Source: an uncultured Actinomycetota bacterium (lineage in GTDB: Bacteria; Actinomycetota; Actinomycetes; Propionibacteriales; Nocardioidaceae). Taken from it: a DNA stretch of 64,000 nt. The stretch is taken from contig CAVPXH010000020.1 of the NCBI GenBank assembly GCA_963709685.1, forward strand, positions 79,838 to 143,837. The letters are read 5' to 3'. The position numbers and the translations under genes were made by a program. Positions 41,878 to 52,097 of this stretch are shown piece after piece. How positions within the stretch are numbered: position 1 is the first letter of the stretch; every line of letters begins with the position of its first letter. Under the pieces are notes generated by a model. It did no database searches, had not been told where the DNA came from, and worked only from the letters and a program-made list of their open reading frames with translations.

Positions 41878-43182
41878 GTGACTCGAGAGCTGAGCCGCGT
41901 GCGTGACCTGCCCACCCGTGCCGCGCACGGGCGCGTGGCGATGATCAGCCTGCACACCTCGCCGCTGGACCAGCCCGGCACCGGCGACGCCGGCGGCATG
42001 AACGTCTACGTGGTCGAGCTGTCCAAGCGGCTCGCCGCGCGCAACGTCGCGGTCGAGATCTACACCCGTGCCACCTCCTCGACGCTGCCGCCGACGGTCG
42101 AGGCGTACCCGGGGGTCACCGTGCACCACGTGCACGCGGGGCCGTTCGAGGGGCTCACCAAGGCCGAGCTGCCCAGCCAGCTGTGCGTGTTCGCGCGCGA
42201 GGTGCTGCGTGCCGAGGCCCGCCACGACCAGGGCTGGTACGACGTGATCCACTCCCACTACTGGCTCTCGGGCCAGGTGGGTGCGCTGGTCCGCGACCGG
42301 TGGGGTGTGCCGCTCGTGCACTCGATGCACACGATGGCCAAGGTGAAGAACGCCCAGCTCGCGCTCGGCGACACCCCGGAGCCCTCCGCGCGGCTCATCG
42401 GCGAGGAGCAGGTGGTCGACGCGGCCGACATGCTCATCGCCAACACCGACCTGGAGGCCAAGCAGCTGCTGGAGCTCTACGACGCCGACCCGAGCCGGGT
42501 CGAGACCGTGCACCCGGGCGTGGACCTGTCGGTCTTCCGGCCGACGGACGGGGCGCGCGAGCGGCTCGGGCTGCCGCAGGACGCGGTGGTGCTGCTCTTC
42601 GCCGGCCGCATCCAGCCGCTGAAGGCCCCCGACGTGCTGCTGCACGCGGTGGCCCGGCTGCTGGAGCGCGAGCCCGCGCTGCGCCGGCGGCTCGTGGTCC
42701 CCGTGGTCGGCGGTCCGTCCGGCAGCGGCCTGGAGCATCCGGAGGCGCTGGCGCAGCTGGCCACGTCCCTCGGCATCGACGACGTGGTCCGGTTCGTCCC
42801 GCCGGTGGCGCAGCGCGAGCTCGTGGACTGGTACGCCGCCGCGACCCTCGTCTGCGTCCCGTCGTACAACGAGTCCTTCGGGCTGGTCGCGGTCGAGGCC
42901 CAGGCGGTCGGTACGCCGGTCGTGGCCGCGGCCGTGGGCGGGCTGACCACCGTCGTGCGCGACGGGGTCTCCGGCCTGCTCGTCGAGGGCCACGACCCCG
43001 AGGACTACGCGCGGGCGATGGCCCGCGTCATCGAGACGCCGGGCCTGCGCGACCGGATGGCCGCCGGCGCCCTGCGGCAGGCCGGCCAGTTCGCCTGGGA
43101 GCGCACCGCGGACCGTACCCTCGAGGTGTACCGGCTGGCCTCCGCGGCCATGCGCGACGACCTGGAGGGGATGCCTGCGTGA
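41878..43182 (+). CDS. mshA: D-inositol-3-phosphate glycosyltransferase (mycothiol biosynthesis)
   Basis: [47 protein letters not shown] and [17 protein letters not shown] at 41865. Confidence 0.95.
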   Translation: MTRELSRVRDLPTRAAHGRVAMISLHTSPLDQPGTGDAGGMNVYVVELSKRLAARNVAVEIYTRATSSTLPPTVEAYPGVTVHHVHAGPFEGLTKAELPSQLCVFAREVLRAEARHDQGWYDVIHSHYWLSGQVGALVRDRWGVPLVHSMHTMAKVKNAQLALGDTPEPSARLIGEEQVVDAADMLIANTDLEAKQLLELYDADPSRVETVHPGVDLSVFRPTDGARERLGLPQDAVVLLFAGRIQPLKAPDVLLHAVARLLEREPALRRRLVVPVVGGPSGSGLEHPEALAQLATSLGIDDVVRFVPPVAQRELVDWYAAATLVCVPSYNESFGLVAVEAQAVGTPVVAAAVGGLTTVVRDGVSGLLVEGHDPEDYARAMARVIETPGLRDRMAAGALRQAGQFAWERTADRTLEVYRLASAAMRDDLEGMPA

Positions 43183-43670
43183 GTGCTCGCACCGACGCCG
43201 CCGAGGTGGTCCGGGCCTACCTGAAGGACTCCGACCTGGCGTGGAAGGAGCTGTCCGACGGCGTCTTCCACGTCGACCTGCCGGGGGAGCGGAAGCTGCA
43301 GACCCCGTGCCGGCTCGACGTCGGCGAGCACGCGCTCGGGGTGCACGCCTTCGTGGCGCGGCAGCCCGACGAGAACCACGCGCGTGTCTACCGCTGGCTG
43401 CTCGAGCGCAACCTGCGGCTGTTCGGCGTCGCGTTCGCCGTGGACCGGATGGGCGACATCTACCTCGACGGCCGGCTGCCGCTGTCCACGGTCACGCCCG
43501 AGGAGATCGACCGGCTGCTGGGGGCGGTGCTCACCTACGCCGACGAGTCGTTCAACACCATCCTCGAGCTCGGGTTCGCCAGCTCGATCCGCAAGGAGTG
43601 GGAGTGGCGCACCTCCCGCGGGGAGTCGACGAAGAACCTCGAGGCGTTCCGCGGCTGGCTCGAGAAGTAG
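43179..43670 (+). CDS. YbjN-domain protein (mshA-associated)
   Basis: GTGA overlap; [24 protein letters not shown]; conserved neighbour of mshA in Actinobacteria. Confidence 0.85.
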   Translation: MSARTDAAEVVRAYLKDSDLAWKELSDGVFHVDLPGERKLQTPCRLDVGEHALGVHAFVARQPDENHARVYRWLLERNLRLFGVAFAVDRMGDIYLDGRLPLSTVTPEEIDRLLGAVLTYADESFNTILELGFASSIRKEWEWRTSRGESTKNLEAFRGWLEK

Positions 43671-43700
43671 GCCACGCCCGGTTCGTGCCGGCGGGCGGTC

Positions 43701-44378
43701 TCAGGCCTCGAGCTTGTAGCCCAGCCCGCGCACGGTGACCAGCAGGCTCGGCGAGGCGGGGTCGGCCTCGATCTTCGTCCGCAGCCGCTTCACGTGCACG
43801 TCGAGGGTCTTGGTGTCGCCGACGTAGTCCGAGCCCCACACCCGGTCGATGAGCTGGCCGCGGGTGAGCACCCGCCCCGGGTTGCGCAGGAACATCTCGA
43901 GCAGCTCGAACTCCTTGAGCGGCAGCTTCACGTCCTCCCCGCGCACCGACACGACGTGCCGCTCGACGTCCATCCGGACCGGACCGGCCTCGAGGGTCGG
44001 CGGCGCGAGGTCGGGATCGGCGCCGCGACGCAGGACCGCACGGATGCGGGCCACGAGCTCGCGCGGGGAGTACGGCTTGGTGACGTAGTCGTCGGCCCCG
44101 AGCTCGAGCCCGACCACCTTGTCCACCTCGTCGTCCTTGGCGCTGACCATGATCACCGGGACGTTCGAGGTCTGCCGGATCTGGCGGCACACCTCGGTGC
44201 CCGGCAGGCCGGGGAGCATCAGGTCGAGCAGGACGATGTCGGCGCCGGCCCGGTCGAACTCCGTGAGCGCGTCGGTGCCGGTGGCCGCGAGGGACACCTC
44301 GAAGCCCTCCTTGCGCAGCATGTACGCCAGCGCGTCGCTGTAGCTCTCCTCGTCCTCCACGACGAGCACTCGGGTCAC
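43701..44378 (-). CDS. regX3: Phosphate-regulon response regulator (RegX3/PhoP type)
   Basis: VLVVEDE, LLDLMLPG, ELGADDYVTKP and WGSDYVGDTKTLDVHVKRLR. Confidence 0.93.
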   Translation of the reverse strand: MTRVLVVEDEESYSDALAYMLRKEGFEVSLAATGTDALTEFDRAGADIVLLDLMLPGLPGTEVCRQIRQTSNVPVIMVSAKDDEVDKVVGLELGADDYVTKPYSPRELVARIRAVLRRGADPDLAPPTLEAGPVRMDVERHVVSVRGEDVKLPLKEFELLEMFLRNPGRVLTRGQLIDRVWGSDYVGDTKTLDVHVKRLRTKIEADPASPSLLVTVRGLGYKLEA

Positions 44379-45532
44379 TGCGGTGCCTCCTGTCGGCTTT
44401 CGGTGTACGTCGGACCCGCGGGCGCCGGGCTCCGGGGCAGGGAGAGGGTGAACGTCGAGCCGTGGCCCTCCACCGACCAGACGCGGACGTCCCCGCCGTG
44501 CGTGGCGGCCACGTGCTTGACGATCGACAGCCCGAGGCCGGTGCCTCCGGTGGAGCGGTGCCGGGCCGGGTCGACCCGGTAGAAGCGTTCGAAGATGCGC
44601 TCGAGCTCCGGGGCGGGGATGCCGATGCCCTGGTCGGTGACGCACAGCTCGACCATCGTGTCGGCCGTCTTGGCGGCCACCACCACGGTGCTGTTGTCGG
44701 GCGAGTAGGCGACCGCGTTCGCCACCAGGTTGCCGAGCGCCAGCGCGACCTCGTCGGCGTTGCCGAGTGCCTGCAGGGCGCGCTCGCCGTCGTGCACGAC
44801 GGTGATCCGCTTGCTCTGCGCGTCGATGGCGGACTGGTCGATCGCCGCGGCGATCACCTTGTCGACGTCCACCGGCTCGGCGAGGTCCAGCGGCTCGTCA
44901 CCCTGCAGCCGGGACAGCTCGATGATCTGCTGCACCAGCCGGGAGAGCCGGGCGCTCTCGGTCTGCATGCGGCCGGCGAAGCGGACCACCGCCTCGGGGT
45001 CGTCCGCGGCGTCCTGCACGGCCTCCGCGAGCAGGTTCAGCGCGCCGACCGGTGTCTTGAGCTCGTGGGAGACGTTCGCGACGAAGTCCCGCCGGATGGC
45101 CTCGACGCGGCGCTCGCGGGTGCGGTCCTCCACCAGGGCCAGCACCTGCCGGGTGCCGAGCGGGGCGACGCGCGCCGTGAGGTGGATCGCCGCACGCCCG
45201 CGGGGCAGCACCAGCTCGGTCTCGCGGATCTGCCCGTCGCGCCGTACCTCCCGCACCAGGTCGGCCAGGTTCGGCACGGTCAACGCGTCGCCGCGCACCA
45301 GCCCGAGGGCGTAGGCCGGTGCCGACGCCTTGAGGACCCGGTCGGTCTCGTCGACGACCAGGGCGCTGGAGCGCAGCACGCTGAGCACCGTCGCCACGGC
45401 AGGCGGCACGGCCGGCTCCTCCTGCGGAGGCACGCGGTGCATCTGCCGGTCGCTCACCCGCCACGCGATGACGACACCGGCCCCGAGCACCGCGCCGAGC
45501 AGCGCGAACAGCAGCGCCTGCGTTTGGTCCAC
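44375..45532 (-). CDS. senX3: Sensor histidine kinase (SenX3/PhoR type)
   Basis: RRDFVANVSHELKTP, NLVANAVAYS, DQGIGI, RIFERFYRVD and GTGLGLSIV. Confidence 0.92.
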   Translation of the reverse strand: MDQTQALLFALLGAVLGAGVVIAWRVSDRQMHRVPPQEEPAVPPAVATVLSVLRSSALVVDETDRVLKASAPAYALGLVRGDALTVPNLADLVREVRRDGQIRETELVLPRGRAAIHLTARVAPLGTRQVLALVEDRTRERRVEAIRRDFVANVSHELKTPVGALNLLAEAVQDAADDPEAVVRFAGRMQTESARLSRLVQQIIELSRLQGDEPLDLAEPVDVDKVIAAAIDQSAIDAQSKRITVVHDGERALQALGNADEVALALGNLVANAVAYSPDNSTVVVAAKTADTMVELCVTDQGIGIPAPELERIFERFYRVDPARHRSTGGTGLGLSIVKHVAATHGGDVRVWSVEGHGSTFTLSLPRSPAPAGPTYTESRQEAPQ

Positions 45533-45592
45533 GGCACGATCGTACGGGGACCGGACCACGGCGATTTCCCCGTGGACGCCGCTGACCTGCGC

Positions 45593-45658
45593 TTTCGCCC
45601 GCTGTTCACCTCTCGTTCACGCCAGGTCGCCGTCTGGTCACCTTCGGCGACCTACCAT
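45593..45658. promoter_or_regulatory. PHO boxes (11-bp direct repeat units) and phoU -10 element
   Basis: TTTCGCC 45593, GTTCACC 45604, GTTCACG 45615 (11-bp period), GGTCGCC 45625, GGTCACC 45636; TACCAT 45653-45658; matches the Streptomyces PhoP GTTCACC repeat in the phoU-phoRP intergenic region. Confidence 0.8.
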
Positions 45659-45665
45659 GCACCCC

Positions 45666-46322
45666 ATGCGTGAGGCTTACATCGAGCAGCTCGACTCCAT
45701 CGTCGACGACCTCGTCACCATGACCCAGGACGTGCGCCATGCCGTCGCGGAGGCCACCAAGGCCCTGCTGACGGCGGACGCGGAGACCGCGGAGCGGGTG
45801 ATCTCCGACGACGCCGAGCTCGACGCGCTGCGTGAGCGGGTCGAGGCGCGCTGCTTCGAGCTGCTCGCGCTGCAGCAGCCGGTCGCGACCGACCTGCGGA
45901 TGCTGGTCGCGGCCCTGCGGATGGTCGCCGACCTCGAGCGGATGGGGGACCTCTCGGTCCACGTCGCGAAGGTGGCGCGGCTGCGGGTCCCCGCGCTGGC
46001 CGTCCCGGACGAGATGGTGCCGACCATCGAACGGATGGCCACGGTGGCCGAACGGATGGTGGCGCGGGTGTGCCAGATCATCGCCGAGCGCGACGTCGAC
46101 GGTGCCCTCAAGCTCGAGGAGGACGACGAGGAGATGGACAACCTGCGCCAGTCCTCGTTCCGGCTGATGCTCGACGACTCGTGGCCGCACGGCGTGGAGC
46201 CTGCGGTCGACATCGCGCTGCTCGGCCGCTACTACGAGCGGATCGCCGACCACGCCGTGTCCCTGGCGCGGCGGGTTGTCTACCTGGTCACCGGTCAGGT
46301 GGTGCACCCGATCGACGCGTGA
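45666..46322 (+). CDS. phoU: Phosphate signalling protein PhoU
   Basis: LALQQPVATDLR, DLERMGDL, DDEEMD and RYYERIADHA. Confidence 0.95.
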   Translation: MREAYIEQLDSIVDDLVTMTQDVRHAVAEATKALLTADAETAERVISDDAELDALRERVEARCFELLALQQPVATDLRMLVAALRMVADLERMGDLSVHVAKVARLRVPALAVPDEMVPTIERMATVAERMVARVCQIIAERDVDGALKLEEDDEEMDNLRQSSFRLMLDDSWPHGVEPAVDIALLGRYYERIADHAVSLARRVVYLVTGQVVHPIDA

Positions 46323-46334
46323 TGCCATGATGGG

Positions 46335-47252
46335 GTGGTGACCAGGCAGAGGGGGGCCGCTGCTGCCGGGATCGACCACCTGCGGTCGTTCCTCGAGGCT
46401 GCCGAGCGCTTCGCCGTCGCGGTGGCGAGCGCGGACCTGCGTGCGCCCGTGCCCGGCTGCCCGTCGTGGTCGGCGTACGACGTCGTCTGCCACCTCGGCA
46501 ACGTGCACGCCTGGGCGGCCACCATCGTCGAGACCGGCGCCTGGGCGGCGGAGCAGAACGACGAGCCGCCGACCCGCCGGCCGCGGGCGGTCAGCGACTG
46601 GTACGTCGGGAAGGCCGGCGACCTGCACGCGGTGCTGCGCGCCGCCGACCCCGAGGCCGCCTGCTGGAACTTCGTGCACGGAGCGCAGGGGCGGACGTCG
46701 TTCTGGACCCGCCGCCAGCTGCACGAGACCAACGTGCACCTGCTCGACCTGGTCGGCGGGTCGGCGACGCGCGCCGGCGTGGACCTCGACCCGGAGGTGT
46801 GCGCGGACGGGGTGGACGAGGTGCTGCGGGTGCTGCTGCACCGGATGCACCATCGCGGGCAGCCCGCGCGGCTCACCGCGCCGCTGTGCCTGGTGGCCAC
46901 CGACACCGGTCGCGCGTGGACGGTCACCCCGCGGGTCGGCGCACCGAACGGGGCGGGGGTGCCGGTGCAGCCGCGCGGATCCGCGGCCGAGACCGCGCCG
47001 GCGATCGTCACCGGGCCGCCCTCGGTCGCCGGACGCCGGCACCCCACCGCGGACCGGATCGAGGCCCCGGCCGAGACGCTGTTGCGGCTGCTGTGGCACC
47101 GGCTGTCGCTCGACGACGTGCGTCTGGTGGGTGAGGAGGGGGCCGCCGAGGAGCCGGCCGGCCTGTCCCTGCTCGACGACGCGCCGCTGGTCCACGTGAC
47201 CGGCGACAGCTCCCGGGTGCGCGGCTTCCTCGCCTCCCGCCTCACCCCCTGA
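46335..47252 (+). CDS. Mycothiol-dependent maleylpyruvate isomerase family protein (MDMPI/DinB-like)
   Basis: APVPGCPSWSAYDVVCHLG, FWTRRQLHETNVHLLD and DGVDE. Confidence 0.85.
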   Translation: MVTRQRGAAAAGIDHLRSFLEAAERFAVAVASADLRAPVPGCPSWSAYDVVCHLGNVHAWAATIVETGAWAAEQNDEPPTRRPRAVSDWYVGKAGDLHAVLRAADPEAACWNFVHGAQGRTSFWTRRQLHETNVHLLDLVGGSATRAGVDLDPEVCADGVDEVLRVLLHRMHHRGQPARLTAPLCLVATDTGRAWTVTPRVGAPNGAGVPVQPRGSAAETAPAIVTGPPSVAGRRHPTADRIEAPAETLLRLLWHRLSLDDVRLVGEEGAAEEPAGLSLLDDAPLVHVTGDSSRVRGFLASRLTP

Positions 47253-47349
47253 GCGGGCGCCTGCGCGGGCGCGGGTCCCCCGACGTGGTCGCGTGGCCGC
47301 CGCGCGGGGCCGGCAGCGTCGCGGCGCGCCGGCCCCGGCGGCGCCGGCG

Positions 47350-48462
47350 TCAGGCGGAGGTGGCCGGCTGCGTCTCGGAGGGCAGCCGGAGGCCCGAGTC
47401 GGTGGAGAACAGGTGGACGTGCCCGGCCTTGGGGGCGAACTCGACGTTCTCGCCCTTCATGGGCGGGCGGCGGCCGTCGACGCGGGCGATGAGGTCGTAC
47501 TCGGCGCCGTTGACCTGCGCGGTGCCGTAGACGTAGGCGTCCGCGCCGAGCTCCTCGACGAGGTTGACCGAGGTCTTCAGCCCTTCTCCGGGGCCGACGA
47601 GCTCCATGTCCTCGGGGCGCACGCCCACGGTGACCTTGCGCCCGGCCTTGCCGGCGTCCTCGGCGGTCTCCCGCGGCACCCGCATCTCGGCGCCGCCGAA
47701 GTGCAGCGCGTCGCCGTCGATGGTGAGCTCGAGCAGGTTCATCGCCGGGGAGCCGATGAAGCCGGCGACGAACACGTTGGCGGGCTGGTCGTACATGCTG
47801 CGCGGGGTGTCGACCTGCTGGAGCACGCCGTCCTTGAGCACCGCGACCCGGTCGCCCATGGTCATCGCCTCGACCTGGTCGTGGGTGACGTAGACGGTGG
47901 TGACCCCGAGCCGGCGCTGCAGCGCGGCGATCTGGCTGCGGGTCTGCACGCGCAGCTTCGCGTCGAGGTTGGACAGCGGCTCGTCCATCAGGAACACCTG
48001 GGGGGAGCGCACGATCGCGCGGCCCATCGCCACGCGCTGGCGCTGGCCACCGGAGAGCGCCTTGGGCTTGCGCTCGAGGAACTCGCCGAGGTCGAGGATC
48101 CTGGCCGCCTCCTCGACGCGCTGGCGGATCTCGTCCTTGGCCACGCCGGCGATCTTCAGTGCGAAGCCCATGTTGTCGGCGACCGACATGTGCGGGTAGA
48201 GCGCGTAGTTCTGGAACACCATGGCCACGTCGCGGTCCTTCGGCGGCAGGTTCGTCACGTCCCGCTCACCGATCCGGATCTGGCCCTCGTTGACGTCCTC
48301 GAGCCCGGCGAGCATCCGCAGCGAGGTGGACTTGCCGCAGCCGGAGGGTCCGACGAGCACGAGGAACTCGCCGTCGCCGATCTCGATGTTGAGCCTGTCC
48401 ACCGCGGGGCGGTCGCCGCCGGGATAGATGCGAGTCGCCTCGTCGAACGTGACAGTGGCCAT
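47350..48462 (-). CDS. msiK: Multiple-sugar ABC transporter ATP-binding protein
   Basis: MATVTFDEATRIYPG, GPSGCGKST, AMVFQNYALYPHM, LSGGQRQRVAMGRAI and DEPLSNLDAKLR. Confidence 0.92.
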   Translation of the reverse strand: MATVTFDEATRIYPGGDRPAVDRLNIEIGDGEFLVLVGPSGCGKSTSLRMLAGLEDVNEGQIRIGERDVTNLPPKDRDVAMVFQNYALYPHMSVADNMGFALKIAGVAKDEIRQRVEEAARILDLGEFLERKPKALSGGQRQRVAMGRAIVRSPQVFLMDEPLSNLDAKLRVQTRSQIAALQRRLGVTTVYVTHDQVEAMTMGDRVAVLKDGVLQQVDTPRSMYDQPANVFVAGFIGSPAMNLLELTIDGDALHFGGAEMRVPRETAEDAGKAGRKVTVGVRPEDMELVGPGEGLKTSVNLVEELGADAYVYGTAQVNGAEYDLIARVDGRRPPMKGENVEFAPKAGHVHLFSTDSGLRLPSETQPATSA

Positions 48463-48610
48463 GAGAAGTCCCCATTCACCGGCAGGAACGTGCCGGACGA
48501 TCCGTAGTAAGTGGGCAGTGGTGCCCCCGACGCTAGTGCGGTCCATCTCACATGTCCACGAAACTCCGGTGTTACGTATTTGTGACCGCGTCGCATTGAC
48601 CGCGCCTGTG

Positions 48611-48624
48611 TGTAAACGGTTACA
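48611..48624. promoter_or_regulatory. LacI-type operator between divergent msiK and the sugar SBP
   Basis: TGTAAACGGTTACA near-perfect palindrome with LacI-like central CG; TTGACC at 48596. Confidence 0.7.
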
Positions 48625-48690
48625 TCGAGGAGCCGGCATCGCGCGCGGAAGCGTCGGGACCGCCGGTGCCCACGAGAACAGGAGCAACGG

Positions 48691-50076
48691 ATGCGATCAC
48701 TGACAACTCGTCGCCGGGTGGCGACCATGGCTGTCGTGCTCACCGCTGGGATGACTCTCGCCGCGTGCGGGGGCGGTTCCGGTGGCGGGGGAACCAACAG
48801 CGCCGGTGGAACGTCGCCGGGTGAGGGCAACCCGCAGTGCGAAGGCCTGACCCAGTTCGGCGACCTCAGCGGCAAGGACGTGCACGTCTACACGTCGATC
48901 GTCGCCCCCGAGGACCAGTCCCAGAAGGACTCCTACAAGCTGTTCACCAAGTGCACCGGCGCGACCGTGACCTATGAGGGCTCCAAGGAGTTCGAGGCCC
49001 AGCTCGTCGTCCGGGTCAAGAGCGGCAACCCGCCGGACATCGCCTACGTCCCGCAGCCCGGCCTGCTCAGCACGCTGGTCAAGGACACCGGCAAGGTCGT
49101 CCTCGCGCCGGACCAGGTCGCCAAGAACGTCGACAAGTGGTGGGGCAAGGACTGGAAGGGCTACGGCACCGTCGACGGCAAGTTCTACGCCGCCCCGCTG
49201 GGCGCGAACGTGAAGTCGTTCGTCTGGTACTCCCCGAAGATGTTCAAGAAGAACGGCTGGCAGGTCCCGCAGACCTGGGACGAGATGATGCAGCTGTCGG
49301 ACAAGATCGCCGCCACGGGCATCAAGCCCTGGTGCGCGGGCTTCGGCTCCGGCGAGGCCACCGGCTGGCCGGGCACCGACTGGCTCGAGGACGTCATGCT
49401 CCGCGACGCCGGTCCCGCGACCTACGACAAGTGGGTCAACCACCAGATCCCGTTCAACGACCCGCAGGTCGTCTCCGCGCTCGACCGGGTCGGCAAGATC
49501 CTCAAGAACCCCAAGTACGTCAACGGCGGGTTCGGTGACGTGAAGTCCATCGCCACGACGACGTTCCAGGACGGCGGCCTGCCGATCCTCAAGGGGCAGT
49601 GCGCGCTGCACCGCCAGGCGAGCTTCTACGCCGCCAACTGGCCGCAGGGCACCAAGGTGGCGCCGGACGGTGACGTGTTCGCCTTCTACCTGCCGCCGAC
49701 CAACGACCAGAACGGCAAGCCCGTCCTCGGTGGTGGCGAGTTCGTGGCCGCGTTCAACGACCGTCCCGAGGTGCAGGCCTTCCAGACCTACCTGTCGACC
49801 GACACCTGGGCCAACGAGAAGGCCAAGGCCACGCCCGGTGGTGGCTGGGTGAGCGCGAACAAGGGCCTGGACGTCAACAACCTGGTCAGCCCGATCGACC
49901 AGCTGTCGGCCAAGACCCTGCAGGACCCGAAGGCGGTCTTCCGTTTCGACGGCTCCGACCAGATGCCGGGCGCCGTGGGCGCCGGGTCGTTCTGGAAGGA
50001 GATGACCGCGTGGATCACCGGTCAGGACACCAAGACGACCCTCGACAACATCGAGAAGTCCTGGCCCAGCAGCTGA
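48691..50076 (+). CDS. Sugar ABC transporter substrate-binding lipoprotein (AglE-like)
   Basis: Lipobox TLAAC; GNPPDIAYVPQPG, KSFVWY, PWCAG..SGEATGWPGTDW and FRFDGSDQMP. Confidence 0.88.
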   Translation: MRSLTTRRRVATMAVVLTAGMTLAACGGGSGGGGTNSAGGTSPGEGNPQCEGLTQFGDLSGKDVHVYTSIVAPEDQSQKDSYKLFTKCTGATVTYEGSKEFEAQLVVRVKSGNPPDIAYVPQPGLLSTLVKDTGKVVLAPDQVAKNVDKWWGKDWKGYGTVDGKFYAAPLGANVKSFVWYSPKMFKKNGWQVPQTWDEMMQLSDKIAATGIKPWCAGFGSGEATGWPGTDWLEDVMLRDAGPATYDKWVNHQIPFNDPQVVSALDRVGKILKNPKYVNGGFGDVKSIATTTFQDGGLPILKGQCALHRQASFYAANWPQGTKVAPDGDVFAFYLPPTNDQNGKPVLGGGEFVAAFNDRPEVQAFQTYLSTDTWANEKAKATPGGGWVSANKGLDVNNLVSPIDQLSAKTLQDPKAVFRFDGSDQMPGAVGAGSFWKEMTAWITGQDTKTTLDNIEKSWPSS

Positions 50077-50092
50077 GCTGCTGATCCCGTGG

Positions 50093-50123
50093 CCGCGGGG
50101 ACCCGTCCCTCGGGTCCCCGCGG
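50093..50123 (+). terminator. Perfect 13-bp hairpin after the SBP gene
   Basis: CCGCGGGGACCCG-tccct-CGGGTCCCCGCGG. Confidence 0.6.
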
Positions 50124-50189
50124 TCGCTCCCCTTCCAGTACGACGGCCGCGGCCGGCTTCGCGGCGCACGCTTCCAAGGAGGCGACCGG

Positions 50190-51153
50190 ATGTCGATCGG
50201 TGAGAAGCTCGTCCAGATGGTCATCGCCATCGGCCTGTTCATCGGGGTCGTGGCCGTGGTGCTGTTCTTCGCGGACCGGGTCAAGTCGAGACGCGGAGAG
50301 GTCGCGCAGACGACGGCCTTCGTGCTGCCGGCGGTCGCTGATGATCGCGGTGGGCCTGCTCTACCCGGCGATCCGCACCATCTACCAGTCGTTCCGGGAC
50401 GCGAACTCGACGAAGTTCGTCGGCCTGCACAACTACCACACCATCTTCACCACCTCCGACGAGCTGCAGGTGCTGCGCAACACGGCGCTGTGGGTCGTCG
50501 TCACCCCGGTGGCGGCCACGTTGATCGGCCTGGTCTACGCCGTGCTCGTGGACCGCGCCCGGTTCGAGAAGGCCGCCAAGGCGCTCATCTTCCTGCCGAT
50601 GGCGATCTCGCTGGTCGGCGCGTCGCTGATCTGGAAGTTCGTCTACGACTACCGCGCCACCGAGAACGCCCAGATCGGCCTGCTCAACCAGATCCTGAAG
50701 TGGATCGGCCTCGACACCTACCGCTTCCTGCTCACCGAACCCTGGAACACCTTCTTCCTGATCGTCATCATGATCTGGGTCCAGGCCGGGTTCGCCATGA
50801 CCGTGCTCTCGGCCTCGATCAAGGCGATCCCCGACGACATCATCGAGGCCGCCCGGCTCGACGGGGTCTCCGGCTTCCGGATGTTCCGCTACATCACGGT
50901 GCCGAGCATCCGCCCGTCGCTGATCGTCGTGCTCACCACGATCTCGATCACCACGCTCAAGGTCTTCGACATCGTGCGCACCGCCACCGGCGGCAACTTC
51001 GGCACCAGCGTCTTGGCCTACGAGTTCTACGTGCAGAGCTTCCGGTCGTTCGACACCGGTCTCGGCGCGGCGCTCGCGGTGCTGCTGTTCGTCCTGGTGA
51101 TGCCGATCGTCATCTACAACATCCGACAGATGCGGAAGGTGGAGGCCCGATGA
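50190..51153 (+). CDS. Sugar ABC transporter permease, frameshifted near 50335
   Basis: N-terminus in ORF 50190, remainder (FLPMAISLVGA, EAARLDG, LKVFDIV) in ORF 50089..51153. Confidence 0.88.
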
Positions 51154-52097
51154 CCACGACCACGCCTGAGGTACCGGCCCCGGCCCTCAAGCCCGACCGC
51201 CGCAGGAGCCGCGCCGCGAAGGCGCACGACCGGCTGTCCAACCCGGCCGCGTCGCTGACCGCGATCGTGATCGCGGTGCTGTGGACGGTCCCCACCTTCG
51301 GGCTGCTGATCTCCTCGTTCCGGCCGCAGGACCAGGTGCAGAACAGCGGCTGGTGGACCTGGTTCACCAACCCGACCGTGACGTTGGACAACTACAAGGC
51401 GGTGCTCACCGGCAGCGACACCGACCTGGCGACGTACTTCATCAACTCCATCGTGATCACGTTGCCGGCGGTGGTGATCCCGATCTCGCTGGCCACCATG
51501 GCCGCCTACGCGTTCGCCTGGATGAAGTTCCCCGGCCGCGACCTGCTGTTCGTGGCGGTCTTCGCGATGCAGATCGTGCCGATCCAGGTCACGATGATCC
51601 CGCTGCTGAGCCTCTACGTGAACCCGCCGTTCGGCCTGCCGCAGCTGGCCGGGAGCTCGGCGCCCGGGGGCGGCTTCTACACCATCTGGCTCTCGCACTC
51701 GATCTTCGCGCTGCCGCTGGCGATCTACCTGCTGCACAACTTCATGCGGGAGATCCCCGGCGAGCTGATCGAGGCCGCCCGCGTCGACGGCGCCGGCCAC
51801 GTGCGGATCTTCACCCGCATCATGCTGCCGCTGATGATGCCCGCGATCGCGGCGTTCGGCATCTTCCAGTTCCTGTGGGTGTGGAACGACCTGCTGGTGG
51901 CGCTGGTCTTCGGCGGCGGCAGCCTCGACGTCTCGCCGCTGACCGTCCGGCTCGCCGAGCTCTCGGGCAGCCGCGGCCAGGACTGGCACCTGCTGTCCGC
52001 GGGCGCCTTCGTCTCGCTGATCGTGCCGCTCGTGGTCTTCCTCGCCGGCCAGCGCTACTTCGTCCGTGGCATGCTCGCGGGTAGCGTCAAGGGCTAG
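51150..52097 (+). CDS. Sugar ABC transporter permease
   Basis: ATGA overlap; AAYAFAW, EAARVDGAG and FQFLWVWNDLL. Confidence 0.9.
   Translation: MTTTTPEVPAPALKPDRRRSRAAKAHDRLSNPAASLTAIVIAVLWTVPTFGLLISSFRPQDQVQNSGWWTWFTNPTVTLDNYKAVLTGSDTDLATYFINSIVITLPAVVIPISLATMAAYAFAWMKFPGRDLLFVAVFAMQIVPIQVTMIPLLSLYVNPPFGLPQLAGSSAPGGGFYTIWLSHSIFALPLAIYLLHNFMREIPGELIEAARVDGAGHVRIFTRIMLPLMMPAIAAFGIFQFLWVWNDLLVALVFGGGSLDVSPLTVRLAELSGSRGQDWHLLSAGAFVSLIVPLVVFLAGQRYFVRGMLAGSVKG

Noticed and set aside
48470-48690. Possible riboswitch or sRNA in long intergenic regions (also 36790-36960 and 62800-62915)
   Set aside because: No recognisable aptamer consensus; the sequence is explained by promoters and operators. An Infernal/Rfam scan would be decisive.
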